Shown here piece after piece: positions 16,934 through 27,096 of a DNA stretch of 64,000 nt. Under the pieces are notes generated by a model. That model searched no databases, had not been told where the DNA came from, and worked only from the letters and a program-made list of their open reading frames with translations. Source of the DNA: Deltaproteobacteria bacterium RBG_13_43_22. Lineage in GTDB: Bacteria > Desulfobacterota > RBG-13-43-22. The first letter of the stretch is position 1. Every line of letters begins with the position of its first letter. The position numbers and the translations under genes were made by a program. Where the stretch lies: positions 30,495 to 94,494 of the forward strand of contig MGQB01000018.1 in assembly GCA_001797675.1 (NCBI GenBank), given 5' to 3'.

Positions 16934-17803
16934 TTATTCCCACCGGACCTTGATCGGTTGTCGGGGTACGGTTTTCAAGAATTGCAGTTTGGGGTAGCCC
17001 AAAATCATGGTGTCAAACACCTGATGACCGGGCGGTAGATTAAGTTCTTCTTTCATGGGCGGATAGTATTCGGCCACCACTTCCAGAAGGCCTATATAGC
17101 AGGATTCCAGACCCATGGTTCGGGCGGTCAAAGCCATAGTGTGAGCGACCAGGACCGCGTTGTCTTTAGGAGCACTGGTGGGTGCGATGGAATGAAAGAT
17201 CATCAGAACCGGCGCCTTATAAAAAATCGGGTCCCGTCCCGATTCTTTTTCTTTGCTAAACCTTTCCCCGAGACCGATCGAACGAAAAGTCATTTTATAG
17301 TCCTGAGTATCCTGCTTGCCCTCAGCCTCAAGTCTGTCGATTTTCTTCTTTACCCGATCCCCGATCCAGATGAAATAATCAATGGCCAAATCCGATAGTT
17401 TTGCGATTTTGGCCGGATCCGTGTAAATAATAACTTCCACGTTTTGAACGTTGCTTCCAGTCGGCGCCCATCGACCGGCTTCCATGAGAAGTTCAAGGTC
17501 TTTTTGAGGGACTTTTTTATCCAGAAAATGACGGTGACTGCGTCTTTCCTTGAGAAAGCGAAGGAACGTTTCGGTTTCATAGTTGACGTTTCGATCGACT
17601 TCGGTAAATTCATCCAGGGCCAATTTTGAATGAATAATGGCCCCGGTCGGGCAAAGAGATACGCAATGACCGCAGAGGATACAATTCTCTTCATTGGAAT
17701 TCGTAAGGATTTCTCCGCCATTATCGGTAAAACATCTGGGGCATCGGGTTGCACAAATGCCGCAACCCGTACATTTTTCTTCATCGATTACAACCCAACT
17801 CAT
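16934..17803 (-). CDS. Nitroreductase-family protein with N-terminal 2x[4Fe-4S] ferredoxin domain
   Basis: CTGCGICATRCP and CILCGHCVSLCP motifs followed by a nitroreductase fold. The start is placed at the internal ATG preceded by GGAGAA; the ORF extends to 17845. Confidence 0.75.
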   Translation of the reverse strand: MSWVVIDEEKCTGCGICATRCPRCFTDNGGEILTNSNEENCILCGHCVSLCPTGAIIHSKLALDEFTEVDRNVNYETETFLRFLKERRSHRHFLDKKVPQKDLELLMEAGRWAPTGSNVQNVEVIIYTDPAKIAKLSDLAIDYFIWIGDRVKKKIDRLEAEGKQDTQDYKMTFRSIGLGERFSKEKESGRDPIFYKAPVLMIFHSIAPTSAPKDNAVLVAHTMALTARTMGLESCYIGLLEVVAEYYPPMKEELNLPPGHQVFDTMILGYPKLQFLKTVPRQPIKVRWE

Positions 17804-17965
17804 CTCTTTTCTCCATTCAATTTTTTTTATTTTATGAAATTTCAATCTTAGGATAATGATAGGGCCTGACAGGAAAAAAAGAATTTGAAGGTTTTTTTCT
17901 CAACCTGTTGGGGATCCTGAGCAACCTCGATCCGCTTCCTTTGAAAACGAAGGCTTCTCTATTTC

Positions 17966-18532
17966 TTATAACCCGATTTCTTTGGCCACTTCACGCATAC
18001 CCATGATCACATCCTGAATGAGTTCCTCTAATCCGACCCCCAGCATCTGCAGGCCTTTTTCAATGACTTCCCGATTGACCCCGGCGGCAAAATTTTTCTG
18101 TTTCCATTTTTTCAAAACCGATTTGGCCTCTAGGTCCAAAACGCTTTTGGATGGGCGGACCAGGGCGGCCGCCGTTACCAGTCCGGTCAATTCGTCGATG
18201 GTATATAGGGTTTTTTCCAAATCCGTCAACGGTTCTACTTCATTGCACAAGCCCCACCCATGAGAGATCACCGCCCGAATAGTCTCTTCCGGCCAGCCCT
18301 GTTCCTCCAGAATGGTTTTGGTTTTCTGACAATGCTGTTCGGGAAATTTTTCGTAATCCAGATCGTGGATCAGTCCAATGATTCCCCATCGTTCTTCGTT
18401 TTCCCCTTTTTTTCGGGCCAGATAACGCATCACCGCTTCCACGGCCAGGGCATGATGGATCAGGGCCTCATTTTGATTGTATTTTTGAAGTAAGCTCCAG
18501 GTCTCTTCACGATTTGGAGTATATCTGTCCAT
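17966..18532 (-). CDS. HD-domain phosphohydrolase
   Basis: 188 aa with H..HD motif (LIHDLDYE). Confidence 0.7.
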   Translation of the reverse strand: MDRYTPNREETWSLLQKYNQNEALIHHALAVEAVMRYLARKKGENEERWGIIGLIHDLDYEKFPEQHCQKTKTILEEQGWPEETIRAVISHGWGLCNEVEPLTDLEKTLYTIDELTGLVTAAALVRPSKSVLDLEAKSVLKKWKQKNFAAGVNREVIEKGLQMLGVGLEELIQDVIMGMREVAKEIGL

Positions 18533-18544
18533 TATCCCTTTCCT

Positions 18545-19726
18545 TTAATTAAACAACCCTGTTTCCCCAAATTCCCTGATTTCCTGTTCGCTGTAACCAA
18601 GCTCCAGCAAAATTTCTTTGGTGTGGGTTCCAACCGGCAATCCCACTTGGTCATATTGGGGAGGGGTTTCGGAAAACTTGATGGGGCTGGCTATTTGTTT
18701 TACTCGACCCCCATCAGGGAGGGGTACTTCGACTACCATCCCCCTATCTTGGACCAAATGGTCGTTCAGGGCCTCGAACAGTGTCAATACCGGCTCTACA
18801 CAAGCATCATACTGTTGAAACCAGACGGTCCATTCATCCCGTGTTTTGGTTTTGATGATATCCCGCACCTCTTGTTTGACCTTCCGAACATTTGGAGGAA
18901 GTACACCGCCTGGAATCAAATCCGGGCGGTCGATGGCCTGACAAAAGGCGGCAAAGAATTGGGGCTCCAGCCCGCCGAAGCTGATATATTGTCCATCTTT
19001 GGTTTCATAAAAATCATATAACGATCCGCCATTTAATAGATGGCCTTCCCGTCCGGGTTCATGACCGTTCACCAGAAAGGAGGCCCCGACCATGGCCGTA
19101 AAGGCGATCATGCCGTCGGTCATAGAAATGTCCACAAACTGTCCTTGGCCTGTGGTCTGACGATAAATGACGGCCGAGAGGAGACCGATGATGGAATTAT
19201 AGGACCCGGAAGCAATATCGGCGATTTGCATGCCGGTCAGCACAGGCCCGGTTTCTTTTCGGCCGGAATAAGACATGAGCCCGGACCGGGAAAGATAGTT
19301 GATGTCATGCCCGGCCCGGCCGGTCATAGGACCGGTTTGACCGTATCCGGTCAGTGAACAATATATAAGGCGTGGATTCAGTTCTGTTAATTTTGGATAA
19401 TCCAGACCAAACTTGGCCATGACACCCGGCCGGAATTGTTCGATCAAAATATCGTAGGTGGTGATCAGTTGTTGGACGATGCGTACTCCTCTCGGGTCTT
19501 TCAGGTTCAAGGTCATGGAGCGTTTGCCTCGTCCTAAGTAAGCCGAACTGGAAGAGATCCCCGTTTCCCCGATTAAAGGAGGCATCATGGTGGTTAAATC
19601 CGGTCGGGAACCGGAAACGATCCGCAATACCTCGGCCCCGAGATCCGACAGCATCATGGTGGCATAGGGACCGGGCAATAAGGTGGTGAAGTCTAATATT
19701 TTCAATCCTTGGAGAGGTCCAGCCAT
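18545..19726 (-). CDS. Family III CoA-transferase (CaiB/BaiF; racemase-like)
   Basis: 393 aa with N-terminus PLQGLKILDFTTLLPGPYATMMLSDLGAEV, typical of the family. Confidence 0.85.
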   Translation of the reverse strand: MAGPLQGLKILDFTTLLPGPYATMMLSDLGAEVLRIVSGSRPDLTTMMPPLIGETGISSSSAYLGRGKRSMTLNLKDPRGVRIVQQLITTYDILIEQFRPGVMAKFGLDYPKLTELNPRLIYCSLTGYGQTGPMTGRAGHDINYLSRSGLMSYSGRKETGPVLTGMQIADIASGSYNSIIGLLSAVIYRQTTGQGQFVDISMTDGMIAFTAMVGASFLVNGHEPGREGHLLNGGSLYDFYETKDGQYISFGGLEPQFFAAFCQAIDRPDLIPGGVLPPNVRKVKQEVRDIIKTKTRDEWTVWFQQYDACVEPVLTLFEALNDHLVQDRGMVVEVPLPDGGRVKQIASPIKFSETPPQYDQVGLPVGTHTKEILLELGYSEQEIREFGETGLFN

Positions 19727-19810
19727 TGTTAAGGTTCCTTATTAGATTCTTAAACTAATCAGGTTGAGAAGTTCTCTTTAATGTCGGGAAAAATCATATC
19801 GTTGTAAACC

Positions 19811-19910
19811 CCAAATTCAAAGTCCAAATGGGCCATGTTCAAAACGTTTGGGTTTTGAATTCTGGTTATTTAAATTTGTTTTGTGCTTCGAATTTCGGAT
19901 TTCAAATTGG
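19811..19910. repeat. Partial heptamer-word repeat (cgaaat/ccgaaa family)
   Basis: Contains caaaacgtttgggttttgaa..tttgttttgtgcttcgaatttcggattt, homologous to arms of the elements at 23944 and 49962. Confidence 0.55.
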
Positions 19911-19943
19911 CAATCTAAAATTCCAAATAACTTTGGTGGGGTT

Positions 19944-20948
19944 TTATGATGTAATCCCCAATTTCTTTTCCAGGCGACTCAGGTTTTCCCGGTCTCCCAG
20001 GGCCACCAATATATCCCCTTCCTGGATCTTGGCTTGGAAAGAAGGATTAAAAATCATATCACCGGATTTTTTCTTGATGGCAACCACGATGAGGTCATAA
20101 TCTTGACGGATACCCGAATCCATCAGGGTGAGGTCTCTAATTTCGGACTTTTCTCCGACGATCAATTCCTCCATCTGGAGATCCAGGCTGCGATTGTGCA
20201 TGGCCAGTTCAATAAAATCAATGACCGTGGGGCGCAGGATGGTGTTGGCCATACTGCGGGCCCCGATGTCATACGGGGAGACAACCTTGTCGGCCCCGGC
20301 CCTGGTCATTTTAATGATCGATGATTCTTCGGCTGCCCGGGCCAAGACAAATAAATCGGGCTTTAACCCCCGGGCCGTTAGAGTGATATAGACATTATCG
20401 GCGTCAGAGGAAGCGGCGGCAACCAGACCTTTGGCCCTTTCAATCCCTGCCTTGAGCAGGTTTTCCTCTGAAGTGGCCTCCCCCAGGACATATAATATTT
20501 TTTTTTCCTGAAAAAGAGGGATGCACCCAGGGTCTTTTTCAATGACGACTACCTCCAAGGGTTTCTCCATCAGGAGCTGGGTTACGGTACGGCCGATACG
20601 GCCAAAACCGCAGATAATAAAATGCCCGCTGATTCGGTCGATCTGTTTTTCCAACTTTCTCCTCCCTAAAACATCTTTTATGGTTCCTTCGACCATCATT
20701 CTAGTTATACTACCCAGAAAATAAAGGATAAATCCCACTCCGGAGACGATCAGGAATATGATAAAAATCCTTCCGGCTTGGCTTAAGGGATGGACTTCCT
20801 GAAATCCAACCGTGGTGAGGGTGATAACCGTCATATATAAGGCTTCCAGGGCATCCCAGCCTTCGATGACCATAAATCCGACACAACCACCTATAATGAT
20901 TAATAAGAAGACAAAAAGGTCGAGGATAAAACGGGTCGTGAATCGCAT
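19944..20948 (-). CDS. Two-TM potassium-channel-like protein with RCK (TrkA-N/TrkA-C) domains
   Basis: Pore region TLTTVGFQEV, Rossmann IICGFGRIG and a C-terminal TrkA-C-like domain. Confidence 0.8.
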   Translation of the reverse strand: MRFTTRFILDLFVFLLIIIGGCVGFMVIEGWDALEALYMTVITLTTVGFQEVHPLSQAGRIFIIFLIVSGVGFILYFLGSITRMMVEGTIKDVLGRRKLEKQIDRISGHFIICGFGRIGRTVTQLLMEKPLEVVVIEKDPGCIPLFQEKKILYVLGEATSEENLLKAGIERAKGLVAAASSDADNVYITLTARGLKPDLFVLARAAEESSIIKMTRAGADKVVSPYDIGARSMANTILRPTVIDFIELAMHNRSLDLQMEELIVGEKSEIRDLTLMDSGIRQDYDLIVVAIKKKSGDMIFNPSFQAKIQEGDILVALGDRENLSRLEKKLGITS

Positions 20949-21734
20949 CTAACCCGTAACTGGTTTAAGGGGTGAGGGCGTTTGAGCCTTTTGGGAACCG
21001 ACGACCATTACCTCAAGATAGACAATTCCCCGGGGCATAGATGGGAAAAGGATCATGAAGGGGAGGGTTTTCCCGGGTAAGACTCGAACATTGGGCGAGA
21101 ACCGTTCCGGTTGGGTCGATTGGAGCTGACTGATTTCTTCCAATGAAAGGCTTTCTAATTCCTCGGAGGACAACGCCCAACCGGCATAGACTTCTCGGCT
21201 CATGGCTACCTTATTTTCGGCCGTTTTTAAGGAGCCGCGGATTTTAATTTTTTGCCGGATGTCCGGATAGCCGTTCTTGATTTCACCTTCAATAACAATA
21301 AATTGGCCGATCTTATTATTTTCTTTAATATAATTTTTATATTTGCCGAGGATTATTTTTTGGTTCCCCTCCGGGTCCACCGGAATAAAAAAGATCTTCG
21401 ACCAGGTATCGGCCAAATTCCAATTAGGATGAAGGTATCGAATATAAAAAAAGCGGGTGGTCAGGGCAATCAGAATCAAAAAAACGATGGTCCCTAATGT
21501 CCAAAAGATTTTCCTAGCAGGCTGCATTTGCATGGCAACCGCTTCTTCTTCAAAGCTCAGGGACGACTTTGGGTTTGGATCCGATTCAAAAAGACTTTGG
21601 ACCTCTGAGAAAGAAGGGATTTCAGCCCAAAAAATATGACCGCAGCGCGTGCATCGAACTTTGGAACCAAAGGGTTCCAGAAGTTTTTGATCCAGGTGAT
21701 AAGAGGTGGCGCACTTTTCACAGCTGATAATCAA
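20949..21734 (-). CDS. MJ0042-type zinc-ribbon protein with TM helix and DUF3426-like C-terminus
   Basis: N-terminal CEKC..17..CTRC zinc ribbon, followed by one hydrophobic helix. Confidence 0.6.
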   Translation of the reverse strand: MIISCEKCATSYHLDQKLLEPFGSKVRCTRCGHIFWAEIPSFSEVQSLFESDPNPKSSLSFEEEAVAMQMQPARKIFWTLGTIVFLILIALTTRFFYIRYLHPNWNLADTWSKIFFIPVDPEGNQKIILGKYKNYIKENNKIGQFIVIEGEIKNGYPDIRQKIKIRGSLKTAENKVAMSREVYAGWALSSEELESLSLEEISQLQSTQPERFSPNVRVLPGKTLPFMILFPSMPRGIVYLEVMVVGSQKAQTPSPLKPVTG

Positions 21735-21769
21735 GAGGACCTCCTTATAAAACCGAAAAAAGCCAACGA

Positions 21770-22297
21770 TTAAAATTGTAGATGATAAAGGCCCGGGAGG
21801 TGCCGATATTGTTCATCAAAGTCCAGCCCGTAACCCACAATAAATCCTTTGGAAATGGAAAACCCGCAATAGTCGACGGTGATAGGGACTTCCCGTCGTT
21901 CGCTTTTGTCAATCAAGGCACAAATCCTCACTGATCTGGGATTTTCTTTCATCAGGAATTCTTGCAGGAATTTCAAGGTCAGCCCGCTGTCCACGATGTC
22001 TTCTACCACCAGGATGTGTTTATCCCTGATCGGGAGTTCAATGGATTTGGTTAATCGAATTTTCCCCTGGCTTTGGCTCTGACTGCCGTAGCTGGCCAAG
22101 CGGACAAAATCGAGTTTAACGGGAATGGAGAGGTTTCTGGCCAGATCGGACATAAACACAAAGGCCCCTTTCAAAACCCCGATCAGGATCAGTTCTTCCT
22201 TTTTGTAATCTTTTGATATTGAAAGGGCCAGTTCTTTAACCCTTTTCTGGATCTCCCTCTGCGAATAAAGTCTTTCTTTTTTAACTGGAAACGGCAT
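21770..22297 (-). CDS. hpt: Hypoxanthine phosphoribosyltransferase
   Basis: PRPP-binding motif VVEDIVDSGLT. The start is set at the internal ATG with an AGGAAG RBS; the ORF extends to 22339. Confidence 0.85.
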   Translation of the reverse strand: MPFPVKKERLYSQREIQKRVKELALSISKDYKKEELILIGVLKGAFVFMSDLARNLSIPVKLDFVRLASYGSQSQSQGKIRLTKSIELPIRDKHILVVEDIVDSGLTLKFLQEFLMKENPRSVRICALIDKSERREVPITVDYCGFSISKGFIVGYGLDFDEQYRHLPGLYHLQF

Positions 22298-22546
22298 CGC
22301 TTTTCTTCCTTTTATTAAAAAAAACATAGTCCAAAGCATTCAAAAAGTCAATCAAGATAACTTCAGCGATAAAAAGTCAATAATATTTCCCCCCCCCCCA
22401 GGAAATCCCGCTCCGTTAGCATTCTTCCGACACTTGAGATGTATTCCGCAACTTCATCCCGCCGGCATCGGGAACTGAACTGATTCGTCCCCGGCCTGCA
22501 GAATGCAGAAAGGACCCTTCAGAAGCCAGCCCGGATCGTTTTTTTC

Positions 22547-22575
22547 TTGAATTGTACTCATTTTCCCCTTATATA
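22547..22575 (+). promoter_or_regulatory. Putative sigma-70 promoter of fabD
   Basis: TTGAAT-N17-TATATA, about 30 nt upstream of the fabD ATG. Confidence 0.35.
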
Positions 22576-22605
22576 TAAAGCAAAATTTATCAGGAGAAGT
22601 CTTTT

Positions 22606-23547
22606 ATGAACCTTAAGGCCTTTTTATTCCCCGGGCAGGGATCCCAGTATGTAGGAATGGGTAAAGAGTTGTATGACCAATTCCCCCCGGCCAGGGAAAT
22701 TTTTAAAAAAGCAGAGGAGATAACCGGTCTACCGATAAAAGAATTGTGTTTTAACGGGCCGTTGGAAGATCTGACCTTGACCGGAAACCTGCAACCGGCC
22801 ATCACCACGGTCAATCTGGCTATCGGCGCCTGTTTAGAGGGAAAAGAGGTAATACCGGACCTGGTAGCCGGGCATAGCCTGGGTGAATATTCGGCCCTTT
22901 ATACAGCCGGAGTGATTAGCTTAGAGGATACCTTAAGGCTGGTCAAGATCCGGGGGGCCTTGATGGATCAGGCGGCTCAAAAAAATCCAGGGGCCATGGC
23001 CGCCGTCATGGGGCTGTCTTCCGAAACCTTGGAGGGCATTCTTACGGAACTGAAGAGACAAGGGGCCATCGGGGCTGCTAATTATAATACCCCGGATCAG
23101 ACCGTTATCTCGGGGAGCAAACCGCTCATTGAAAAGGCGATCCAACAGGTGGCCCAATCGGGTGGCAAGGCCGTTCCCTTGGCGGTCAGCGGGGCCTGGC
23201 ACAGCCCTTTAATGGAAGAGGCCATGGAGGCTTTTAAGGAAATCATTGCCTCCGTCCCATTCAACCCTCCCCGATTTACCTTGTTTTTAAATGTGACCGG
23301 AAAAGCAGAAACCGATCCGGCAAAGATAAAAGAAATCATGGGACGCCAGATCGGACAGTCGGTTCGTTGGACGGAACTGGTCAATAATCTGATGACCCAA
23401 GAGGTTTCCCGCTTTATTGAAGTAGGTCCCAAAAAAGTTCTCCTCGGTTTGGTTCGAAAATGCCTATCCAAGGAGTATGCTTATCGGGCTTATAATGTCG
23501 AGGATCTGAAATCCTTGGAGGCTCTCTTAGCCGCCGAAAAAACTTAG
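22606..23547 (+). CDS. fabD: Malonyl-CoA:ACP transacylase
   Basis: GQGSQYVGMG and active-site GHSLGEYSA. Confidence 0.9.
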   Translation: MNLKAFLFPGQGSQYVGMGKELYDQFPPAREIFKKAEEITGLPIKELCFNGPLEDLTLTGNLQPAITTVNLAIGACLEGKEVIPDLVAGHSLGEYSALYTAGVISLEDTLRLVKIRGALMDQAAQKNPGAMAAVMGLSSETLEGILTELKRQGAIGAANYNTPDQTVISGSKPLIEKAIQQVAQSGGKAVPLAVSGAWHSPLMEEAMEAFKEIIASVPFNPPRFTLFLNVTGKAETDPAKIKEIMGRQIGQSVRWTELVNNLMTQEVSRFIEVGPKKVLLGLVRKCLSKEYAYRAYNVEDLKSLEALLAAEKT

Positions 23548-23696
23548 GTAATCGTCGGCTGTCAGGGATAGCCATCATTCCCCCCGTTTTTCTCATGGAC
23601 ATCGAAGGGGATATTAGGGATCGAGACAGCCAGCTATTTCATGCCGATAGGCAGAAATTTCGAAATCCAAAATCAGCAATCAATAGAGGATTGGTT

Positions 23697-23900
23697 ATGC
23701 CGAAAGTTGTTTTCCAGGAAGAACGTTGCAAGGGTTGTGGACTTTGTGTCCTGGCCTGCCCCAAAAAAAGTATCGTTATCGGTGACAAGCTTAACAACCA
23801 GGGTTTTACCGTAGCTTGTTTAGCCCCGGATGATCAATGCACCGGGTGCGCCCTTTGTGCGGAGATGTGTCCCGACGTGGTTATTGAGGTTTGGAAATAA
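23697..23900 (+). CDS. 2-oxoacid:ferredoxin oxidoreductase delta subunit (2x[4Fe-4S] ferredoxin)
   Basis: 67 aa from the internal ATG, with CKGCGLCVLACP and CTGCALCAEMCP. It precedes the alpha/beta/gamma subunit genes. Confidence 0.75.
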   Translation: MPKVVFQEERCKGCGLCVLACPKKSIVIGDKLNNQGFTVACLAPDDQCTGCALCAEMCPDVVIEVWK

Positions 23901-23943
23901 AATTAGGCTGAAGGTTAGCCAAAAATATTTGCATTTTTGGCTA

Positions 23944-24131
23944 AAATCCGAAATCCGAATTTCGAAATCCGAAACAAATTCAAATGATCAAATTTTAAAA
24001 TTCAAAACGTTTTTGTTTTGGTCATTAAGATTTTGGACCTTCGCGCTTGTTTCGGATTTGTTCCCTGTGGTCACTCCTATCCCGATTGTATCGGGACGGG
24101 TTCCCGGTTTCGTGCTTCGAACTTCGGATTT
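23944..24131. repeat. Heptamer-word hairpin repeat (cgaaat/ccgaaa family) with a nested insertion
   Basis: Left arm AAATCCG AAATCCG AATTTCG AAATCCG AAACAAA. The right arm is interrupted by about 45 nt carrying its own hairpin (tcccgattgtatcggga). Homologous to 49962-50138. Confidence 0.7.
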
Positions 24132-24218
24132 AAAGATTACACCGGTTCAAATGTCAGAAACAAGTTCTAAGATCGGGTAAGAAAAATTCTAAAAGCTGAA
24201 GGATGGTTAGGAGTTCCT

Positions 24219-25271
24219 ATGTCAAAACCCAAGGTTGAATTGGTGAATGGTAATGAGGCGATAGCTCGAGGGGCTATGGCCGCCGGCTGCAAATTTTATT
24301 TCGGATACCCCATCACCCCCCAAAATGAAATCCCTGAATATTTATCCAAACACCTACCGGATATAGATGGGACCTTTATTCAGGCCGAAAGTGAAATTGC
24401 CTCCATAAACATGCTCCTGGGTGCCGGAGCCACCGGGGCCAGGGCCATGACCTCGTCCTCCAGTCCGGGGATTTCCTTGAAACAGGAGGGGATTTCCTAT
24501 ATGGCCGGATCCGAGATACCCGGAGTCATCGTCAACATGAGCCGTAGCGGCCCTGGATTGGGAGGAATTTCTCCGTCTCAAGGGGATTATTTTCAGGCCA
24601 CCCGGGGAGGAGGGCACGGGGATTACCGGACCATCGTTCTGGCCCCTTTTTCCGTCCAGGAGAATTATGATCTGACAATAAAGGCCTTTGACCTTGCCGA
24701 CCAATACCGCAATCCGGTGATGATCCTGGGAGATGCCTTGCTTGGACAGATGAAGGAGCCGATCATCTTACGCGATAATAAACCAGGGAAATTCGACAAA
24801 CCTTGGGCTTTAACCGGGGCTAAAAACCGCAAACCCCAGTTTTTAAAAAGCCTTTATCTAAACGAAGGGGATTTGACCCAGCATAATTGGAAGTTATTTC
24901 AAAAATACCAGCAGATGAAGGCCGAGATCCAATATGAAACCTATCGGATCGAGGATGCCGATATGGTAGTGGTCTCTTTTGGATCCGTGGCCCGTATCAT
25001 TAAATCTTCGATCAATATGGCCCGGGATAAGGGGATGAAAGTCGGGCTTTTTCGACCCGTCACCTTATACCCGTACCCGGAAGAAATATTGAGACGCCTA
25101 TCCCAAAAAGTCCATCATTTCTTTGCAGTGGAATTGAATACCGGCCAGATGGTAGAGGATGTGAAGTTGTCCGTAGACAAAGGATCCCGGGTGGATTTTT
25201 ACGGTCGGCCGCCCGGCTCGATTCCCACCCCCAATGAATTGTTTGATGAAATACAGAAAGTATATCGGTGA
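24219..25271 (+). CDS. 2-oxoacid:ferredoxin oxidoreductase alpha subunit
   Basis: 350 aa with N-terminus [32 protein letters not shown], typical of KorA/PorA/VorA. Confidence 0.85.
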   Translation: MSKPKVELVNGNEAIARGAMAAGCKFYFGYPITPQNEIPEYLSKHLPDIDGTFIQAESEIASINMLLGAGATGARAMTSSSSPGISLKQEGISYMAGSEIPGVIVNMSRSGPGLGGISPSQGDYFQATRGGGHGDYRTIVLAPFSVQENYDLTIKAFDLADQYRNPVMILGDALLGQMKEPIILRDNKPGKFDKPWALTGAKNRKPQFLKSLYLNEGDLTQHNWKLFQKYQQMKAEIQYETYRIEDADMVVVSFGSVARIIKSSINMARDKGMKVGLFRPVTLYPYPEEILRRLSQKVHHFFAVELNTGQMVEDVKLSVDKGSRVDFYGRPPGSIPTPNELFDEIQKVYR

Positions 25272-26029
25272 GAAGCATGAAACAAGTATTTAAGCGTCCC
25301 AATAGTTTAAGAGATGTGCCATTTCATTTTTGCCCCGGATGTCATCATGGGATCATCCATCGTCTGGTAGCCGAATGTATTGATGCTTATGATCTTAGAG
25401 AGAAAACCGTCTGCGCCGCTTCGGTAGGTTGCTCGGTATTTATGTATGATTATTTTGACATAGACGTCTGTGAGTCTCCCCACGGACGGGCGGCGGCGGT
25501 GGCTACAGGGATCAAAAGGGCCTTGCCGGAATGTTTCGTGTTTACCTACCAGGGGGACGGGGATTTAGCCGCCCTGGGCATTGCCGAAGGCGTCCATGCC
25601 GCCAACCGAGGAGAAAATATTACCATCATCTTTGTCAATAACACCGTTTATGGGATGACCGGAGGACAGATGGCCCCGACGACTATGTTGGGACAGGCGA
25701 CAACCACCTCCCCGTTCGGTCGGGATTTTCGGAGGGAAGGATATCCGATCCGGATGGCCGAACTCTTGTCTATGACCGAGGGAACGGCATTCTCCGCCCG
25801 GGTAGCCGTCAATACACCCAAAAATCTTATGCAAGCCAAAAAGGTCTTGAAAAAGGCTTTTGAGGTCCAGCTCCGCAACCAGGGTTTTTCCTTTGTCGAA
25901 TTTCTTTCCAGTTGTCCCACTAACTGGAAGATGTCCGCTGAACAAGCCAACCAGCGGGTCCATGACGAGATGATCCCCTATTTTCCATTGGGGGTTTTTA
26001 AGGAGAAATCGGAAACGGATATACTTTAA
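25268..26029 (+). CDS. 2-oxoacid:ferredoxin oxidoreductase beta (TPP-binding) subunit
   Basis: FCPGCHHG and GDGD TPP motifs. The start is ambiguous (GTG 25268 overlapping the alpha stop, or ATG 25277). Confidence 0.85.
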   Translation: MRSMKQVFKRPNSLRDVPFHFCPGCHHGIIHRLVAECIDAYDLREKTVCAASVGCSVFMYDYFDIDVCESPHGRAAAVATGIKRALPECFVFTYQGDGDLAALGIAEGVHAANRGENITIIFVNNTVYGMTGGQMAPTTMLGQATTTSPFGRDFRREGYPIRMAELLSMTEGTAFSARVAVNTPKNLMQAKKVLKKAFEVQLRNQGFSFVEFLSSCPTNWKMSAEQANQRVHDEMIPYFPLGVFKEKSETDIL

Positions 26030-26035
26030 ATTAGA

Positions 26036-26088
26036 GTTGAAGGCTCAAAGCTCAAAGTAATAGGTTGGTAGGCTTTCCGCCTTGAGCG
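26036..26088. repeat. Heptamer-word repeat (gctcaaa family)
   Basis: AAGGCTC AAAGCTC AAAGTAA ... ccgccttgagcg, filling the beta/gamma intergenic spacer. Confidence 0.5.
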
Positions 26089-26104
26089 ATAAAGGAGATT
26101 TTAG

Positions 26105-26656
26105 ATGTACTTCGATGTCATCATCGCCGGTTTCGGCGGACAGGGGGTCCTGTTATTGGGTAACCTTCTAACTTATGCGGCCATGGTAGAAGGCCGCCAT
26201 GTTACTTACATGCCCGTTTATGGAGTGGAGATGCGCGGCGGAACAGCCAATTGCACGGTGGTCATATCCGATCAGGAAATCGGTTCCCCAGTCATCCATC
26301 ATCCGGTAACCGCTGTAGTCATGAATAAGCCGTCCCTGGTGAGATTCGGAGCCATGGTCCAACCGGGAGGCTGGCTGTTTGTCAATTCTTCATTGATTGA
26401 TGCCGCAGAAGGGGATTATTCAAAAATAAAAATGATTATGGTCCCCACCATTGAATTAGCCGCTAAGGCCGGGGACCCACGATTGGCCAATATGGCCATG
26501 CTGGGGGCCATGATCGAAGAAACAAAAGCCATCACCCAGGAGGCCGTGGTTAAAGCATTTAAACAGGCCCTGGATAAACGCTATCACAAGATGATTCCCA
26601 TCAACACCGCCGCCATCGAGGAAGGTGCCCGATTTATCCGGGAGGGAAAACGTTAA
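26105..26656 (+). CDS. 2-oxoacid:ferredoxin oxidoreductase gamma subunit
   Basis: 183 aa with N-terminus IIAGFGGQGVLLLG, typical of gamma subunits. Confidence 0.85.
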   Translation: MYFDVIIAGFGGQGVLLLGNLLTYAAMVEGRHVTYMPVYGVEMRGGTANCTVVISDQEIGSPVIHHPVTAVVMNKPSLVRFGAMVQPGGWLFVNSSLIDAAEGDYSKIKMIMVPTIELAAKAGDPRLANMAMLGAMIEETKAITQEAVVKAFKQALDKRYHKMIPINTAAIEEGARFIREGKR

Positions 26657-26746
26657 CAATTCGTATCAGAAAGCCGGATCTTCTCCCTGTAATAGGCTTG
26701 AGATTTAAAAAATATTTTTTAATAGTAAAAGGGAGAAAGTTGAGGG

Positions 26747-26995
26747 TTACCAAGGAATTGGTGTTTTGGAATCTTCGCTTTTTTCATGTTCGTTAGGGTC
26801 ATTTACCTTAAAGGGAGATTTCAAAATAGCCATTTTTTGAGGTTCTGACACAATCAGATCAAACTCAAAGGTATTTAAAAGTTGAATCGTCTGGGGAATG
26901 GTGACCGGGGAGACGACCTTGACCCCATCTCGAATAATCCAATATGTGATTTTATAATCTGAATCTATATGTAAAATGATGACCGGGAGGTGCAT
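26747..26995 (-). CDS. Hypothetical small protein (weak receiver-like pattern)
   Basis: 82-aa ORF with a weak RBS. The pattern VIILHIDSD...QLLNTFEFDLIVSE loosely recalls a REC domain with Glu in place of the acceptor Asp. Confidence 0.3.
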   Translation of the reverse strand: MHLPVIILHIDSDYKITYWIIRDGVKVVSPVTIPQTIQLLNTFEFDLIVSEPQKMAILKSPFKVNDPNEHEKSEDSKTPIPW

Positions 26996-27096
26996 GGGTT
27001 TTTTCTCTTTTCAATGAGATTAATCGAATAATAGGATTCCCCCATCTTAATCCTCCCACCATGAAAAGTGCGAAACAGGGGCTTTCACCAAATCCA

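Noticed and set aside
23941-24131. Possible CRISPR array (short tandem repeats)
   Set aside because: The repeat units are 7 nt, degenerate and arranged as hairpin arms. There are no 25-40-bp constant repeats with unique spacers and no cas genes in the window.
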